A stretch of DNA of 64,000 nucleotides, from contig CAZSUU010000011.1 of NCBI GenBank assembly GCA_964610105.1, positions 21,394 through 85,393 on the forward strand. The letters are read 5' to 3'. Under the pieces are notes generated by a model, which was not told the DNA's origin, ran no database searches, and saw only the letters and a list, made by a program, of their open reading frames with translations. Shown here one piece after another: positions 60,939 to 64,000 of the stretch (the stretch's first letter is position 1; every line of letters begins with the position of its first letter). The translations under genes were made by a program, and so were the position numbers. The stretch is from an uncultured Verrucomicrobiota bacterium (GTDB lineage Bacteria; Verrucomicrobiota; Kiritimatiellia; PWTM01).

Positions 60939-62996
60939 GTGAACCAAACACTGCGAACGGCCCTGGTCCTTGCCGCCGCGCTTTTCGGCCGGGCCGCCGA
61001 AGAGCTCGGGCCGCAACCACCCGTGGCCATCGGCCGGGGCTACTACGCCATCCTGCCCGGCAAGCTGCTGCTCGCCAGTCAGCTCCATCCGGAGTGGCGG
61101 GAAGCCACCCTCGAATGGACCAAGCTGAGCGGTCCCGGAGACGTGGTGATCGAGCGCCCCGCCGCCGCCGTCAGCTGGGCGGTAGCGGACAAACCGGGCA
61201 AGTACGTCTTCCAACTGAAGACCACCCGCGCCGGCGGGGAACCGTTCACCGGGACAGCGCAGGTCAACGTCTATCCGGCCGGCGACTACCTCGGGAACCC
61301 GATCCTGCCGGGCATGTTCCCCGATCCCCACGTGTTGTTCGACGAGGGACGGTTCTACATCTACGCCACGTCGATGGAGAACGACGCCGGTTCCTACGGC
61401 CGGGCTTCGGTGTGGATGTCGGACGACTTCGTCAACTGGGAGATGAAGCTCAGCAACTGGCCCGAGTACGGCAAGTTCGGCGGCGACATCTGGGCGCCCG
61501 ACATCATCCGCAAGGGCGACAGGTACTACCAGTTCATCACGCGCTCCGGCGGCTACGACACGTGGGGCGCCGTGGCGGACTCGCCGGTCGGCCCGTGGAA
61601 GAACCTGCGCGAGGACAACACCGCGATCGTCAGCGGCGGCGGCAACGCCGGCCGCATCGTCGCTGCCTACAACATGGACGCTCAGCCGTTCATCGACGAC
61701 GACGGACAGGCCTACATGTACTGGGGCTGGTCCGAAGCCATGGCTGCCAGGCTCACGCCGGACCTGAAGAACATCGACGGCGACGTGCACTTCCTCAAGG
61801 GCACCAAGTGGCTGCCCGACGGCGGCTCGCTGCCCCAGTGGCTAAGCGTGGACCTCGGCGAATCGATGCCCGTCACCAGGGTCGTTTCCTCGCCCGAGTT
61901 CAAGCACGTCGCGTACGGCTACAAGATCGAAGTCTCCGGGGACGGAGAGGACTGGATTCTCCTTGCCGATCGCACGGCCAACCGCACCGCGCTGCCCGGC
62001 GAGGGTTACGTCGATGAAGGGCGGGCGACGGGCCGGCACGTGCGCATCACGTTCAACCACTGCGGCGGCCACTGGGCCGGCCTCTACAACTTCGCCGTCT
62101 ATTCCGGCGACCAACTGGTGTCGCTCCACAAGTCCGCCACCGCCTCCTCGGTCCGCGGCAAGGGCTCGGAACCGCAAAACGCCGTGGACGTCTCCAACGG
62201 CCCGCACCTCGCCGACTTCGTCGAGGGTTCCTACATGATCAAGCACAACGGGAAGTACTACCTGCTCTATTCCTCCGGCGTGCTGCACGACGGCACCTAT
62301 TCGGTGCGCTACGGCATGGCCGATCACCCGTTCGGACCTTTCACAACGCCGACGAACCATGTGATCCTCCAAATGAACGAGGAGCAGACCACCCGCGGTC
62401 CGGGTCACAACTCGGTGCTCAGATTCGGCGGGAAACACTACATCGTTTATCACCAGCACAACCAGCCGCACGAGGGGGGCGCACTGGTCTTCCGGCAGAC
62501 GTGCGCGGACCGGATGGAGTTCAACCCGGACGGCACGATCAAGCCGGTGGTTCCCACGCAGACCGGCGTCGGCCCGCTGCGGCCCGCGCCCCCGCCGCGC
62601 GAGGACTTCGCCCGCGGTTGCTACGCCACCGCCACCAGCGTGAAAGGCGGTTACCACGTGCCGGAGTATGCGCTCGACCACAACAACGCCAGTTTGTGGC
62701 GCGCCGCGGACAACGCCTACCCGCAGTCTTTCACCGTCGATCTCGGTGAGGTCCGCGCGTTCTCGCTGATCGAAACCACCTTCGAATACCCCACGCTGTC
62801 ATACGAATATCTCATCGAGGTTTCCGAAGACGGCGAGCACTGGAAAACGCACACCGACAAGCAGGCCGATTTCCCGGTGGCCGTCAGCCCGCACAAAGAC
62901 GCCGGCCAGGCGCGCGCCCGTTTCGTGCGCATCACCATCACCGCCTGCCAGCGTCCGGAGAACGGCGCGGGGCTTTATTCATTCGAGGTTTACTGA
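60939..62996 (+). CDS. GH43 family glycoside hydrolase with two F5/8 type C (discoidin) domains
   Basis: NPILPGMFPDPHVLFDEGRFYIYATS (GH43 catalytic Asp region), YWGWSE; discoidin-like segments (LPQWLSVDLGE..., NASLWRAADN...YSFEVY). Confidence 0.8.
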   Translation: MNQTLRTALVLAAALFGRAAEELGPQPPVAIGRGYYAILPGKLLLASQLHPEWREATLEWTKLSGPGDVVIERPAAAVSWAVADKPGKYVFQLKTTRAGGEPFTGTAQVNVYPAGDYLGNPILPGMFPDPHVLFDEGRFYIYATSMENDAGSYGRASVWMSDDFVNWEMKLSNWPEYGKFGGDIWAPDIIRKGDRYYQFITRSGGYDTWGAVADSPVGPWKNLREDNTAIVSGGGNAGRIVAAYNMDAQPFIDDDGQAYMYWGWSEAMAARLTPDLKNIDGDVHFLKGTKWLPDGGSLPQWLSVDLGESMPVTRVVSSPEFKHVAYGYKIEVSGDGEDWILLADRTANRTALPGEGYVDEGRATGRHVRITFNHCGGHWAGLYNFAVYSGDQLVSLHKSATASSVRGKGSEPQNAVDVSNGPHLADFVEGSYMIKHNGKYYLLYSSGVLHDGTYSVRYGMADHPFGPFTTPTNHVILQMNEEQTTRGPGHNSVLRFGGKHYIVYHQHNQPHEGGALVFRQTCADRMEFNPDGTIKPVVPTQTGVGPLRPAPPPREDFARGCYATATSVKGGYHVPEYALDHNNASLWRAADNAYPQSFTVDLGEVRAFSLIETTFEYPTLSYEYLIEVSEDGEHWKTHTDKQADFPVAVSPHKDAGQARARFVRITITACQRPENGAGLYSFEVY

Positions 62997-63047
62997 ACGC
63001 CATGAAGGACCGATGCATCGTGAAGCCAACGACGTTAAGGGAGTGAG

Positions 63048-64000
63048 ATGAAACACGCCGGCAACCCTATCAACCGCCACAGAGTCTTTCTCCTCGCTCT
63101 TTCAATCGGCATCGCTACTCCGGGCTTGGCGTCAGGCGCGGCGGGGGAGGCTCCGATCGCCGCCTCCCTCGATGACTGCAACGTCGTTTGGAACACTCCG
63201 AGCCAGGATTCCTTCGGATCGATGCCGCTGGGCAACGGCGACATCGGGATCAATGTCTGGGTCGAACCGAATGGCGATCTGCTCTTCTACATCGCCAAGG
63301 TGGATGCCTACGACGCCAACCACCTGCTGCCCAAGCTTGGCCGAGTCCGCCTGCGCGCCGAGCCGGCGCTCGACACCGCGGCGTTCAAGATGTCCCTGCG
63401 GCTCCGCGAGGCCGCGGTCGACGTCGAGGCCGGCGACGCCTCGCTCCGCGTGTGGGTCGATGCCAATGCGCCGGTGATCCGCGTCCAGGGCCGCAGCCGG
63501 ACCCCGCGCCGCTTCACGCTGACGGCCGAATCGCTTCGCGCCTGGAAGAACGCGGCCGACCCCCTGCCGGATTCGGGAACGGTCGCGCTGTTGTTCCACG
63601 ACGCGTCCGACACGCTGGCCTGGTGCTACCGGAACCAATCGTCCGCCTGGGCCGCGCGGTTCGCCAACCAGAACACGCCGGAGATGGTGTCCGCCTTCCG
63701 GGATCCCATCCTCCACCGCACGTCGGGCTGCACGCTCCGGGCCAAGGGCTTCAAGCGCGCCTCGCCTTCCTCGATCGCGACGCCGCAACCGGTCGGCGAC
63801 ATCGACGCCACCGTGCGGATCCTGACCGGCCAGCCGCCGAGCCCCGAGGCGTGGAGACAGGAGGCGCTCGGACCCGTCAGATGGGACTGGAAAGCACACC
63901 TGGCCTACTGGAAGTCGTTCTGGAACCGCAGTCACATCTTCGTCGCCAAGGCCGGCGAAGGCGCCTACAACCTCGATCCCTACCGCTTCACCCAGTTTCC
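63048..64000 (+). CDS. GH95/DUF5703-like glycoside hydrolase, paralog 4 (3' end beyond window)
   Basis: Signal peptide MKHAGNPINRHRVFLLALSIGIATPGLASG; NTPSQDSFGSMPLGNGDIGINVWV closely parallels paralog 2. Confidence 0.7.
   Translation, partial: MKHAGNPINRHRVFLLALSIGIATPGLASGAAGEAPIAASLDDCNVVWNTPSQDSFGSMPLGNGDIGINVWVEPNGDLLFYIAKVDAYDANHLLPKLGRVRLRAEPALDTAAFKMSLRLREAAVDVEAGDASLRVWVDANAPVIRVQGRSRTPRRFTLTAESLRAWKNAADPLPDSGTVALLFHDASDTLAWCYRNQSSAWAARFANQNTPEMVSAFRDPILHRTSGCTLRAKGFKRASPSSIATPQPVGDIDATVRILTGQPPSPEAWRQEALGPVRWDWKAHLAYWKSFWNRSHIFVAKAGEGAYNLDPYRFTQF

Overview
High-GC (~65-70%) bacterial chromosomal segment. The first ~23 kb is a housekeeping block: a Gfo/Idh/MocA oxidoreductase, YceI, a GH5 hydrolase with a divergent ROK regulator, a tgt-yajC-secDF-recJ operon, uvrC, a TauE/SafE exporter, a DUF1343 protein, an AI-2E transporter, an RpoD-family sigma factor, apt, a TPP riboswitch followed by thiC, an M50/CBS site-2 protease and an O-antigen-ligase-like gene. 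From ~24 kb to the window end there is a dense carbohydrate-utilisation cluster: a sulfatase, an M14-like peptidase, two GH10-like genes, a ThuA/TIM-barrel/FISUMP fusion, sugar-phosphate isomerases, an AraC regulator, and GH106-like, GH29-like, GH2, GH78 and GH43 enzymes. Four paralogs of a GH95/DUF5703-like family are present, and many of the hydrolases carry C-terminal discoidin domains. No rRNA, tRNA or CRISPR array was seen. Features not explained by standard gene calls: (i) a ~175-bp nested-hairpin repeat family with at least three full and two partial copies, several abutting gene remnants, with two same-orientation copies bracketing a VapBC-like toxin-antitoxin module; (ii) a 104-bp palindromic element built from heptamer repeats inserted in frame into a glycoside-hydrolase gene; (iii) a 12-unit heptanucleotide tandem repeat in a divergent promoter; (iv) a low-GC (~47-55%) segment encoding FISUMP domains fused to a high-GC ThuA/TIM-barrel gene; and (v) tandem gene remnants (sulfatase C-terminus, M14 5' fragment, glycoside-hydrolase C-termini) that indicate duplication and deletion. 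Taxonomy is a guess: composition and gene content are consistent with a Planctomycetota-Verrucomicrobiota-type polysaccharide degrader. Coordinates of non-ORF features were derived by eye from the printed sequence and may be off by a few bases.
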